DNA from: Candidatus Poribacteria bacterium
GTDB taxonomy: Bacteria; Poribacteria; WGA-4E; WGA-3G
Length of the DNA stretch: 64,000 nucleotides
Assembly (NCBI GenBank): GCA_965215265.1
Contig: OZ244048.1
Coordinates: 3,840,001 to 3,904,000, forward strand
Direction of reading: 5' to 3'
Shown: positions 20,050 through 29,852 of the stretch, in pieces
Position numbering within the stretch: the first letter of the stretch is position 1
How the letters are laid out: every line of letters begins with the position of its first letter
Notes under the pieces: model-generated
Databases searched by the model: none
Told to the model about the DNA's origin: nothing
What the model saw: only the letters and a program-made list of their open reading frames with translations
Position numbers and translations under genes: made by a program

Positions 20050-21204
20050 ATGAATCACGTACGCACAATTTTAGAGAACGTTTATCAGCGTGCTGAATCA
20101 AACAGCATTAACACTTCCGATCTTTCCGAAGCCCAACAAAAATGGGTCGAAACGATCGTCAAGAAGGCGGATTCTCATAAAGGGGTTCTCGCTGTACTAA
20201 TGACTTCCTTAGTCAAAAAGATTGAAACGCCGACACAAGATGTTCGATTTCACAAAAAGGAGCCGGCAAATGGATATTCAGGAAGAAGTTTTGATAACGA
20301 ATACGTGACACCCTTTATTCTAGAGAAATTTGAGCGCCTTGCTATGAAGGGAGGAAGTGGTTGGTTGACACGTTCGCTTGAACAACCTCATCCCTTCACA
20401 CTTGATTATCCAGGTCGGATTCAAGATAAGTTTGTAAAGGAGGCTTTTCTTCAAATCCTCAATGACGTTGAAAAAAACCGGGGAGATCCGGAAAAATACC
20501 TTTGTACTGTATTCGTTGGCTTAATTGCTTTGATGGAAAGCTACAATGTCAACTTTATTGTATTGGAAAAGAATAATAGGCAATTTGCACAAGCACCACA
20601 AAACGAGGCTATAACAATTGAAGATATAGTGAATCTTTTAAGACAGCACTTTTCGCACAACTATCGCGTTGCAGGAGCATCACGTCTTCCGGTATTGGCA
20701 ATTTATTCCGCTTATGAAGTATTGTTTATGGCAAATAATCGATATAAAGACAAAATACTTTCGCCATTGAAAAGTCATACTACATCAGATGTCAAATCTG
20801 GCGGAATTGGCGACATTGAAGTCTTGGACGAAAATGGCAGTTTTTTCGAAGGTGTTGAAATAAAACATAACATCCCTATTTCAGCAACGTTGGTTAGAGA
20901 TGCATATCACAAGTTTGCTCAGAGAACTGTTACCCGTTATTATCTACTCACTACAGCTGAGCCAGATGTTGATGATGTAGATGCAGTAAACTGGATAGTC
21001 CGTCAAATTCGCACTGAACACGGTTGCGAAGTAATCGTCAACGGCATTCTTCCATCATTAAAATACTATCTACGTCTTTTAAAAGATTCAACAATGTTTT
21101 TAGCTAAGTACACAGAAAATCTTCAGTTAGATGCTAAGCGGAATGCCGACATTAAGGAAATTCACTTACGTTACTGGAAAGATTTGTTAGATTCTTTGGT
21201 ATAA
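20050..21204 (+). CDS. Putative type II restriction endonuclease (PD-(D/E)xK, possibly SacI-like)
   Basis: 8 nt downstream of the MTase, AT-rich. YSGRSFD, GASRLP, GDIEV..EGVEIKH catalytic-like motif. Confidence 0.7.
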   Translation: MNHVRTILENVYQRAESNSINTSDLSEAQQKWVETIVKKADSHKGVLAVLMTSLVKKIETPTQDVRFHKKEPANGYSGRSFDNEYVTPFILEKFERLAMKGGSGWLTRSLEQPHPFTLDYPGRIQDKFVKEAFLQILNDVEKNRGDPEKYLCTVFVGLIALMESYNVNFIVLEKNNRQFAQAPQNEAITIEDIVNLLRQHFSHNYRVAGASRLPVLAIYSAYEVLFMANNRYKDKILSPLKSHTTSDVKSGGIGDIEVLDENGSFFEGVEIKHNIPISATLVRDAYHKFAQRTVTRYYLLTTAEPDVDDVDAVNWIVRQIRTEHGCEVIVNGILPSLKYYLRLLKDSTMFLAKYTENLQLDAKRNADIKEIHLRYWKDLLDSLV

Positions 21205-21242
21205 AAATTGGCTCAACCTGAGCGTATAGAAGGTCTTCAATA

Positions 21243-22406
21243 ATGAAAAATCTACCGCCATACCCCGTGACCGTCGTGGGAAGTTTACCACGCTCACGGG
21301 CAGTTTCGAGAGGCTTGCGAAATAGACAGAGAGGCAGACTCCCCGAGTCAGAATTTAACGTGGTTGCAGATAAGGCAGTGCTTGAAAGCCTCAAGTTGCA
21401 AGAGAGCGCCGGTGTCGATATTGTCAGCGATGGAGAACAGCGGCGCGATAATTTCTATTCCTTCATCACGGAGTGTATTGAGGGCATCCGTTTGATGACG
21501 TTGGCACAAATGCTTGACTATGTTGAGGATAAAGCTGCTTTTGAACAATTACTCAATGCGTTGGATGTGCCGGCATTCGCGTTAAAAAATCCGGTCGTTG
21601 ATGGGAAATTAGTTCGGACTTCCGCACTCGTATTGAACGACTATCTCTTTCTGAAACAGCATACAACAAAACCGATCAAAGTCACGCTGCCGGGTCCGTA
21701 TCTGCTGACCCGTTCTATGTGGGTGAAGCGTCTCTCCTACGAGTTTTATCCTGATAAAGAATCTCTCGGAGACGATGTGGTTCGAATTCTCCGGGAAGAA
21801 TTGAGCGAACTACGGGACGCAGGCTGTCAATTTGTTCAGTTTGACGAACCGGTGTTGACTGAAGTTGCATTTACGGGTCCGCACGAAACTCACACCTTTA
21901 TGTGTGCGGCACTTTCAGAAAAGAGCAGTCCGGAGGAAGAGCTCAACTTTGCCGTGGACTTAATGAATCGTGTAGTGAAGGGGATGGACGGTAAGATGAA
22001 AACGGCCTTGCACGTTTGCCGCGGTAATTGGAGTCAGCAGGAGGAAGTGCTGCTCCGCGGCTCTTACGATTTGCTGATTCCGTATTTTAGTCGTATGAAT
22101 GTGAACCAGTTTGTGCTGGAATATGCGACGGAGCGTGCTGGGAGTGTTGAGGTTCTCGGCGACTTACCTGCAGATAAAGAGATCGGGCTCGGTGTCGTTG
22201 ACCCTCGGACAACAGAGGTAGAATCGGTCTCTTTTGTGCTAAACAAGGTGCGCCCGCTCCTAAAGCATAGAAAGCCGGAACAGATATATCTTAACCCGGA
22301 TTGTGGTTTCGGAACATTTGCCGACCGGCCTGTCAACACCACACAAATTGCGGCACGAAAGCTACAGGTTATTAGGGAAGCTGCCGAGATACTGCGCGCA
22401 GAGTAG
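21243..22406 (+). CDS. Cobalamin-independent methionine synthase II family (single-barrel MetE-like)
   Basis: TVVGSLPRS, SDGEQRR, KVTLPGP, VQFDEP. Zn ligands in HVCRGN, EY and PDCGF. Confidence 0.9.
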   Translation: MKNLPPYPVTVVGSLPRSRAVSRGLRNRQRGRLPESEFNVVADKAVLESLKLQESAGVDIVSDGEQRRDNFYSFITECIEGIRLMTLAQMLDYVEDKAAFEQLLNALDVPAFALKNPVVDGKLVRTSALVLNDYLFLKQHTTKPIKVTLPGPYLLTRSMWVKRLSYEFYPDKESLGDDVVRILREELSELRDAGCQFVQFDEPVLTEVAFTGPHETHTFMCAALSEKSSPEEELNFAVDLMNRVVKGMDGKMKTALHVCRGNWSQQEEVLLRGSYDLLIPYFSRMNVNQFVLEYATERAGSVEVLGDLPADKEIGLGVVDPRTTEVESVSFVLNKVRPLLKHRKPEQIYLNPDCGFGTFADRPVNTTQIAARKLQVIREAAEILRAE

Positions 22407-22540
22407 CCTATTTTTGTATGAGAAAAATAGGTAGACGCAGTTTTGCGGGATGCTAGCTAGCAAAGCGCGCCTACCGGAAAATGACAACATTCAATTCTTG
22501 ACTTTGCCGGGTGAAGGTCAAAATCAATGCGGTTCTGACT

Positions 22541-23467
22541 TTAGTCGGTTTGCGCTCGATCTAGCCACCCTGGCAGCTTTATCTTCTCAGATAATTTCCA
22601 CGCCGTGAGGTAGAGGGAGGCGGTCCAGCGTACTGACTCACGCGCCCGTTCATTCGCAAAATCGACGAGTGCCGGCGTTGGAGTTTCCCAACTTTTCAGA
22701 GGGGCTGCCAATTCATAGACGCTATCAACTAAGCCGTGTCCGGCTTTCATCTGTTGGATAATTGCGGGCATCAGTTCGTCGACAGGCATGATGTGCTGGC
22801 CATTCGCCAATTCGGTTGCATCCAATTCGAGTCTTTCAATGAGTGCGTCAACAGTCTCATGGATGCCGGCATGCAGCCGTGTTCCATCCTCTTGGACAAT
22901 CCCGTTGAAATGAATCGTCAGGTGTAAAGGCTGACACATATCTTGCGCGTAGTGTGATAGGAACCCCGCATAGACAAAACATTTGTTCTGAATGATGGGA
23001 TTATCTGGCCATTTGCGATATTCAGCGAAAGCAACAGCGAGTCGTTCTGTCCACTCTGCCAGTGCGTAAGGCAGGGTGCCAATTGTACGTGGTGCGAGTC
23101 CTAATTCAGCGCATAACTTAATATGTGCCTCGCGTCCGTCTGGAACGGGATGCCCTTTTAGCAGTTCTATGTCAAAATAGTGTTCGCCGTATTCGGCCTG
23201 CCGAGCGTGTGGGGTGCCACGCCCCTTGGATATATCCGGGTCGTAGGCACAGTGCGCAACCATTTTTTCGGCTGTACCGGAGCGGAAAAATTGAGGCATC
23301 TCTTCGGGTAGTGCCTTGACTGCTGCTTGTGTGAGGATGTCGTGCCCGCCACCCCACCAGGTCCATGCTGGGATAGTAAGCGTGAGAAGGAAAAGAGAGA
23401 AAACAGTGCAGAGACTGGAGGGGCGCTTACAAAACGCACCTATAGGGACATATTGGAAATACTTCAT
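22541..23467 (-). CDS. Secreted phospholipase C / S1-P1 nuclease fold Zn enzyme
   Basis: Signal peptide, then WWGGGH (N-terminal Trp and His ligands), PD, HYFD, HYAQDMCQPLH, H..VD. Confidence 0.75.
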   Translation of the reverse strand: MKYFQYVPIGAFCKRPSSLCTVFSLFLLTLTIPAWTWWGGGHDILTQAAVKALPEEMPQFFRSGTAEKMVAHCAYDPDISKGRGTPHARQAEYGEHYFDIELLKGHPVPDGREAHIKLCAELGLAPRTIGTLPYALAEWTERLAVAFAEYRKWPDNPIIQNKCFVYAGFLSHYAQDMCQPLHLTIHFNGIVQEDGTRLHAGIHETVDALIERLELDATELANGQHIMPVDELMPAIIQQMKAGHGLVDSVYELAAPLKSWETPTPALVDFANERARESVRWTASLYLTAWKLSEKIKLPGWLDRAQTD

Positions 23468-23492
23468 AGTTCTCCTATTTTTTTAGCCGTCG

Positions 23493-24443
23493 CTATAAAC
23501 TAAGGTACGCTGCGGCATTCGTTTCTTGCCATTGGAATTGGAGTCGAGCGGTTTCGTGCGGCTTAAATGATGTTGCAACGTTGTCAACGGCGGGCCCGAC
23601 GATGTCAATCTTATCCAAATCGGCTGTGCCGTAGCCCATCTCATTTGCATAGTGGAATAGCCCTATCTCCAACGGCTCAAATCCCATCGCTTTTGCTGTG
23701 ACAGCATCTGCGGCGAATACATCGCCGCTGGCGATTGCAATGCCGAGTGGGACAGAATCCGTACCGCCGGGCCCGTTGCCTTGCAGTCCAACGGTGCCGT
23801 CAACAATCGCGATGTCGGGCATGAGTGGACGTGAAAGGCGAAGCAGGTTCATATTAAGTGTCTGCGCTTCACGCGGTAGCACACGATCTGCGTGGCTATG
23901 ATACCCATGCATCTTGATCCGGTCTGCTTTGTGCAACGTCCCCATAATCATATTCTTCATTGCGAGCGTTACCACACCAGCATCGTGTGTTTTGGCAATC
24001 GCCACCGAAATTGTGCATGGACACTCTAACACGCGTTTCGGCATTCGGACGGTATCTTGCTCACGTCCGGCGAGGAACACTTTCGCTTCTTCCCATCGGG
24101 TTTCTTGATGCAAATCGACGAACTGAATAGGAATGTCGTATTCCGCTTGCAGGGCATCATAGCCGAAGACCTGGAATGCCTCTCCGGAAAACTTCTCATT
24201 TGCCCCTTCAGCAATGATGACTTCTGTTGGTGGATTCGGCGTGCTTAGCAAAAAGTCTAACGCACCGCGTATTGCATCGACATGCGATGACGCGAGTTGA
24301 TTCGTGCTGGAGAGGAAATTCGGTTTCAATAGGACCTGCTCTTGGACTTTCGGTATGAGTTCCTCTCGTATATTATCTAACGCCTCAAAAACGTTAGAAC
24401 GGCGTCTACCTGTTTTGGCAAGTCCAACTTTTGTCGTTTCCAT
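23493..24443 (-). CDS. DUF362 domain protein
   Basis: VLLKPN, AKTH..VTLAMKN, IVDG..GNGP..G, D..AADAV..MGF. Confidence 0.8.
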   Translation of the reverse strand: METTKVGLAKTGRRRSNVFEALDNIREELIPKVQEQVLLKPNFLSSTNQLASSHVDAIRGALDFLLSTPNPPTEVIIAEGANEKFSGEAFQVFGYDALQAEYDIPIQFVDLHQETRWEEAKVFLAGREQDTVRMPKRVLECPCTISVAIAKTHDAGVVTLAMKNMIMGTLHKADRIKMHGYHSHADRVLPREAQTLNMNLLRLSRPLMPDIAIVDGTVGLQGNGPGGTDSVPLGIAIASGDVFAADAVTAKAMGFEPLEIGLFHYANEMGYGTADLDKIDIVGPAVDNVATSFKPHETARLQFQWQETNAAAYLSL

Positions 24444-24457
24444 AAAGTATCTCCTTT

Positions 24458-24572
24458 GCTTTTTCGTCGTTCCCTAACGGGAGTGGTGAGGCTTATCGGA
24501 TAAATAGAGGTATCCTACCAGCTCGCTCGCCTCGTTCGCCTCGTTAGGCAATTTTTGTCGTTCTCTAACCGG
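24458..24572 (-). repeat. Repeat family B, copy 2 (overlaps the murQ 3' end)
   Basis: Reverse complement aligns to 12022-12127, with one extra CGAGGCGA unit. Confidence 0.75.
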
Positions 24573-25453
24573 ATAGGTTCGAGGATAGGTCTCAAAAATC
24601 CGTTATGTTTTTCTAATAGTGTGCGTGCATCGGTTGCGTTCATCCCGCATGCTAGCATGACAATCGCCACCTTCGCGCTACCATCTGCCTTCGCTAAGGT
24701 TGCTTCGGCCGTTACCCCATCAACGCTTGTGATAGTTTGCACAATTCTGATGCTGCGTGCGACAAGTTTCGCGTTAGATGCCTGCACATCTACCATCAGG
24801 TTGTTGTAAACCTTACCGATTTTGAGCATTGAAATCGTCGTCAGCATATTGAGTACCAGTTTTGTGGCAGTGCCTGCTTTCAATCGGGTTGAGCCCGTCA
24901 CAAGTTCGGGTCCGACGATAGGTGCGATGAAATAGTCTACGAATTTGTTCAATTCTGTTGTGGGTGGTACACAACAGAGAAATATGGTTGTAGTGCCGAT
25001 GGCATGCGCTTCGTCTAATGCACCGAGGACGTAAGGTGTGCGTCCACTACTTGCGATGCCAACGATGACATCTTTTGGCGTGAGCTGCCGTGCACGGATT
25101 TCTTGTTTTCCACGTTCAGCTTTATCCTCTTCGCCTTCAACTGAACGACGTAAGGCGATGTCGCCTCCAGCAATAATCGCTTGGACCATCTCCGGCGGAG
25201 TGCTGAAGGTTGGTGGGCACTCAGAGGCATCAAGCACCGCCAGCCGTCCACTCGTTCCGGCTCCGACATAAAACAGACGTCCGCCGTGGCGAAAGGCGTT
25301 TGTGATTACGTCAACGGCTTGGGCGATTGCCTCAGCTTCAGCCTCTACTGCCGCTGCTGCTTTTAGATCCTCTTGGTTGAAAAGCTGAACGATTTCTAAC
25401 GTTGATTTCAGATCTATGTCAATTGAATTTGAATTTCGTTGTTCCGTAATCAT
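24515..25453 (-). CDS. murQ: N-acetylmuramic acid 6-phosphate etherase
   Basis: TEQRN, GAGTSGRLAVLDASECPPTF, GIASSGRTPYV, GPELVTGSTRLKAGTATKLVLN, NLMVD..NAKL. Confidence 0.95.
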   Translation of the reverse strand: MITEQRNSNSIDIDLKSTLEIVQLFNQEDLKAAAAVEAEAEAIAQAVDVITNAFRHGGRLFYVGAGTSGRLAVLDASECPPTFSTPPEMVQAIIAGGDIALRRSVEGEEDKAERGKQEIRARQLTPKDVIVGIASSGRTPYVLGALDEAHAIGTTTIFLCCVPPTTELNKFVDYFIAPIVGPELVTGSTRLKAGTATKLVLNMLTTISMLKIGKVYNNLMVDVQASNAKLVARSIRIVQTITSVDGVTAEATLAKADGSAKVAIVMLACGMNATDARTLLEKHNGFLRPILEPIRLENDKNCLTRRTRRASW

Positions 25454-25518
25454 TTTTATAGACTTAACGAATAAGGTCGGCACGGTGCGCGAGGTTCCGT
25501 GTGTATTTCGTCAAATAT

Positions 25519-26475
25519 TTACCCGTGCCTTGCTAACAAGACAGCACCGTATGCAGGTTCGTGCTTCGGAAGTATGACTGCCGCCGTGGATGTAAACCTC
25601 TCAATCCGGCTGCGGAGTACGTGAACAAACAAGGGTTCATGCAGCAAATTTCCACCACTGAGAACAATCTCAAAAGGTTCCGTGAATGCTAACCGCTTTA
25701 TCACGACTGCTGTCGCGTGTGCGAGTTCCTGAGCTGCAGTGGTAACGAGTTGTTTCGCGGCCCGGTCGCCTGCTTCAGCTGCACGAAAGACTTCTTCTGC
25801 AAGCCGAGCGATTTCCTCTCGTTTCGCTGCATGCACCCAGGGTATGAGTTCGGTGGATGCATTTAATCCCAATTTGTTGAGGAGCCGGTTTGTCAATTCA
25901 GTAGCGTATGTTCTGCCATCAGCTGCACGTGCTACCGCTTGAAGTCCTTTTAAACCGATGTCGTACCCGCTGCCTTCATCTCCGAGCAGGTATCCCCATC
26001 CACCAGCGCGTGCTTCTTGCGCATGTGCGTTAATGCCGTAGACGATGGAACCGGTCCCCGATATAACAATGATGCCTTCCTGTTTTTCGGTACCGCCGAT
26101 CAGGGCGATGTGTGCATCGTGTGTGAGAATCCTATTTTCTCCGATACCCAGTTCATCGCAAATGCTGTTGATGATGTATCGATCTGCGTTACGTCCCAAG
26201 CCTGCCATCCCCAAGCAGATTTTTGCACACGTAAATGGGAAAGCTGCACCGGCCTGGCGTTTCGCACACCACTCTTGCTGGCTATCTGAGGCAGCACAAC
26301 CTGCTCGTTCAAAAAGTCCGGAGATAAGTGTTTCCAAAACCGCTTTCGTGCGTGCTTCGCCAACCACGTGGTAATTTGAGGGTCCCGCTTCCATTTGTGC
26401 GATACGTTCGCCTGTCTCTGTGGTTAGGATACCAACTGTTTTAGTTCCACCCCCGTCGATCCCGATGATGTACAT
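25519..26475 (-). CDS. BadF/BadG-type N-acetylglucosamine/MurNAc kinase
   Basis: IGIDGGGTKT, HDAHIAL, ISGTGS, RAGGWGYLLGDEGSGY, LSGG. Directly upstream of murQ. Confidence 0.85.
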   Translation of the reverse strand: MYIIGIDGGGTKTVGILTTETGERIAQMEAGPSNYHVVGEARTKAVLETLISGLFERAGCAASDSQQEWCAKRQAGAAFPFTCAKICLGMAGLGRNADRYIINSICDELGIGENRILTHDAHIALIGGTEKQEGIIVISGTGSIVYGINAHAQEARAGGWGYLLGDEGSGYDIGLKGLQAVARAADGRTYATELTNRLLNKLGLNASTELIPWVHAAKREEIARLAEEVFRAAEAGDRAAKQLVTTAAQELAHATAVVIKRLAFTEPFEIVLSGGNLLHEPLFVHVLRSRIERFTSTAAVILPKHEPAYGAVLLARHG

Positions 26476-26590
26476 GATATCTGTCTCGCTGCTGCTTGAC
26501 AATTTGGCGTTGTTTTTCTATAATGTAATATATCACAATTTTGGAAATAAATGCGATCAATTTCTACGTTTAACCGTGGAGGTACAGAAG

Positions 26591-27577
26591 ATGAAAAAAA
26601 AGAATTGGGAATCGCGCTTAGCTGCTCATGCGGAAAAGATAAAAACATTACTTAGACTTGCACTCATCGGGCTATGTGGCGGCCTCGTTTTCCTCGGTTG
26701 TACTCAGGATGACGGAGAAATGGAGTGGCAACAGATTGAGAGTGGTACAGAGGCGCATCTCTACGGTGTCCATTTCGTTGACGCGAAACATGGATGGGCA
26801 GTCGGCAGCGGAGGTATCGTGCTAAAGACGACCAACGGTGGGTTGAAATGGGGCTCTCAGTCGATTTCCGGAGCGGTTGCTAAAAATACCTTAACCCAAG
26901 TGAATTTTACAACGCCGGACAATGGGTGGGTTGTTAGCATCGGAACGGTGCTTTATACGGGAAACGCAGGGGAATCGTGGCATCCACAAAACCCTAATAC
27001 CAAAAATGGGCTGTTGGATCTGCATTTCGTTGGCACGACGGAAGGATGGGCAGTCGGTGGAAGAGGGACCATTCTCCACACACAGAACGGAGGTACCCAG
27101 TGGAAACAACAGAGAAGCCCCTCAGAGAAACACTTGTGGAGTGTACATTTTGTTGATAATCAGAACGGCTGGATTGTCGGTGAAGAAGGTGAGATACTGC
27201 ATACACGAGACGGCGGTCAGCAGTGGATACTTCAAAAAAGTACCGTTGAACAACCGTTATTCGCCGTCCATTTCGCGAATCTCCTGGACGGGTGGATTGT
27301 GGGAACAAATGGGTTGATTCTCCACACAGCGAATGGAGGACTGCGATGGCAGCGGCAGCAGACTCCAGTGAAGTTAAACTTACGAGATGTTGCATTTCAC
27401 GATGAACTCCGCGGGTGGGCAGTGGGGGAAAAAGGATTAATTCTTCACACAATTGATGGGGGACAAACGTGGAGCCAATACCACTCGCCAGCCGAACAAA
27501 ATCTTCAAGACATTTATCTCTTTAAAACAAAAGGTTGGATTGTCGGTGGAAAAGGGACACTCTTGCGGAGTGATTAG
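26591..27577 (+). CDS. YCF48-like (BNR repeat) beta-propeller lipoprotein
   Basis: Lipobox FLGC, then about 7 repeats of L..V.F....GW.VG..G.ILHT.DGG..W. Confidence 0.85.
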   Translation: MKKKNWESRLAAHAEKIKTLLRLALIGLCGGLVFLGCTQDDGEMEWQQIESGTEAHLYGVHFVDAKHGWAVGSGGIVLKTTNGGLKWGSQSISGAVAKNTLTQVNFTTPDNGWVVSIGTVLYTGNAGESWHPQNPNTKNGLLDLHFVGTTEGWAVGGRGTILHTQNGGTQWKQQRSPSEKHLWSVHFVDNQNGWIVGEEGEILHTRDGGQQWILQKSTVEQPLFAVHFANLLDGWIVGTNGLILHTANGGLRWQRQQTPVKLNLRDVAFHDELRGWAVGEKGLILHTIDGGQTWSQYHSPAEQNLQDIYLFKTKGWIVGGKGTLLRSD

Positions 27578-27835
27578 ACTTCAAAATCTTCATCCACATT
27601 ATGAAAGATGTTAATAGTCAAGTGAGAATAACTCATAGAGCCTTTCTGTCAGAGCGCAGATCGCTTTGTCACTATTCAGGTACTCGCCCGAAAGAGTCGC
27701 ACTCGCGGAGAACGAACATAACCCTCACCGCAGGACGGAAGACAAGCGCGCTCCAAGTTTTTTACGTTTCTGTAACTAACGGACTGATTCCGATAGCAAC
27801 GGTTGGCTGTATCTGTTATCTGATAGCATACGGTG

Positions 27836-28210
27836 TTACATGCACAGTTTGTAAATCCAGCGGAACATGCACAGGACAATCGCACTGATGAGAATTATGT
27901 TTCTGGTTAGATGCGAGCGTTGATTCCAGGTTTTTGCTATCCAAGTTGGGAAAAACGCCGTCCCGATTGCCAAGGCAAGAATCAAGAATGAAAAGGGATG
28001 ATAACCCCATGCGTCGGCAAACTTTCCTTGTATGAGGGCGAGGCATGCACGTGTCATGCCACACCCAGGACAAGGGATGTCTGTCAACATATCAAACGGA
28101 CAGCGGATTAATGAAATGACCGCTGGTATGGTTCCTATCCATGCGACGTACAGTGCGAGCACAACCAGACTGATCAGAAATAGACGTGCAAGATGAGTGT
28201 GGTTAACCAT
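27836..28210 (-). CDS. DUF2752 membrane protein
   Basis: CPF..LTDIPCPGCGMTRA, A..YHP, flanking TM helices. Confidence 0.85.
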   Translation of the reverse strand: MVNHTHLARLFLISLVVLALYVAWIGTIPAVISLIRCPFDMLTDIPCPGCGMTRACLALIQGKFADAWGYHPFSFLILALAIGTAFFPTWIAKTWNQRSHLTRNIILISAIVLCMFRWIYKLCM

Positions 28211-28282
28211 TTTCGTGGCGTAAGCGGATAAGGCGGGTCTAGCCGGAACCTTCCATTACCTATCTCACCAGAGGCTTTCCTA

Positions 28283-28671
28283 TTATGTTTGAGTCGTGTT
28301 ATAAAACTTATTGATATGGTGCTGCTGGATAGCAAGCGAGGCAATACCAACACCGAAAATCGCCACAAAACACAGGTGGCGGGCAAACTTGTATCAACTC
28401 TCAGTTTATTGTTCTCCTGGACTTCGTTAATACCGGATGCCATTCTGTACTCGTAATAAATACCATAGATGCCGCAGGTGAGAAGGTAAAAGAAAAACCA
28501 CTGCCAAAAAGAGTACTCGTCTCTTTTAAGCCAAGCATTAAGCGTCTCCATCTGTTTGTATTGCCAGTATAATCCATAGATGCCACAAGTAATCAAGCTT
28601 AACAAAATTCCGGCCAGAATACTTCTTACCGCGTCATACTCTGGATAGGGGTACTGATCGCGCATAAACAA
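28283..28671 (-). pseudogene. DUF4234 membrane protein with a 1-nt frameshift near the 3' end
   Basis: Two LITCGIYG.YW/YY repeats. The family-like tail LAIFGVGIASLAIQQHHINKFY sits in a shifted frame after about 28365 and ends at TAA 28283-28285. Confidence 0.65.
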
Positions 28672-28767
28672 TCTCCTTGCATTTGCATAGGTGAGAAATT
28701 AGAGTTTAGGATAATGAAGTGTCCACACTTAAAAGACGAACGGTTTTGAAAAGAAAGAAAAAATGTG

Positions 28768-29763
28768 CTACACACCTATTGCGTACCCATCGTGCCTCGG
28801 ATCTGCACCGCCCATAAAACTTCCCTCTTCCGGGTCGAAAGCGATGCCTTGCCCGCCGCCGGCAGTCGCTGTCCAGCTCGGGAGCACCTCAACCTCATGT
28901 CCACGGACTTCCAATGCCGCACGCACGGAAACGGGGATATGTTCCTCTACACCGACATGCGTGCCTGGATTTATGAGGCGGATGCGGGGTGCTTCAATAG
29001 CCGCCTGAATGTTCATCTTGTGTTCAATTCATTGGGAGCACTGCTCCCTTCTCATTAAAAACGGTGGTGCCACAGTTTTTGTGCCCGGTAGCGGTGCATA
29101 TTTAACCAAAGTAGCAACATTAAACGCACGGCTACCGGTTTTAGTGCTAAAAAATTATAGCACATTTCAGGTTTTTTTTTGCAAAATCTTTTTTCGTCAC
29201 ATGGAGCGATAATGCAACCTTGGGTGTGAGACATCACACGCCATCTGGTATCAGGTGAGACTTTAAAATATGCCGAACCCTAAAACAAGCCGGATAGTAC
29301 CCAAGAAAATTGCAACAGCACAACAGATGAGTCCAGCAACCGCTAACTCTTTCTGGGCTGATACGATAACGGCAAGGATGCTAAAACAGAGGCCAAGCCT
29401 AGTAAACGGAATGTTAACGTAGTTGAATGCTCCAAGGCACGGAATAACGCCAAACAACATTCCCACAAATTGAGTATCATCTGTAACGTGGTTTGAAGAA
29501 TACCGTGGCTGCCCGGGGTGCCAATTGCAGCGAACGGCTGTCCTGCTTTCCAGACTTGACTTGGCATGGTGCCATACACATCTCGATGCGTTTATGTGGT
29601 GCAACAGCGTTCGGGCTCATCGGTTCCCTGTCAAACCAGTTCATAAAATTGTTGAGAAACATTCCAGTGGTGCCGAGAATTTCGCCTGAGCCGAACGGTT
29701 GTCCGAGGCTCTGTGTAACTGCGACGTTGAACGGTGCGTTGTGCCGTGTGATGGAAATGCCAT
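28768..29763 (-). pseudogene. ggt: Gamma-glutamyltransferase small-subunit remnant, interrupted
   Basis: GTTH, VAVTQSLGQPFGSG, GMFLNNFM, PNAVAPHKR, AIGTPGS..ILQT, then after about 440 bp MNIQAAIEAPR..GGADPRHDG. Frameshifted, and the large subunit is absent. Confidence 0.8.
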
Positions 29764-29852
29764 TTTTATAGAGTCCTCTTTTTGGTATCGGGAACCGATC
29801 CGGTTAACTTGACGAGAACGTTCTTGTACCTATCTTGTCTAAAATAGAGAAT

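Noticed and set aside
16338-21204. Integron cassette array
   Set aside because: No intI, and no convincing attC R''/R' box pairs were identified by eye.
29263-29604. 113-aa ORF as a real gene
   Set aside because: Chimeric: the 5' part is out-of-frame ggt remnant and the 3' part is the inserted membrane-gene fragment.
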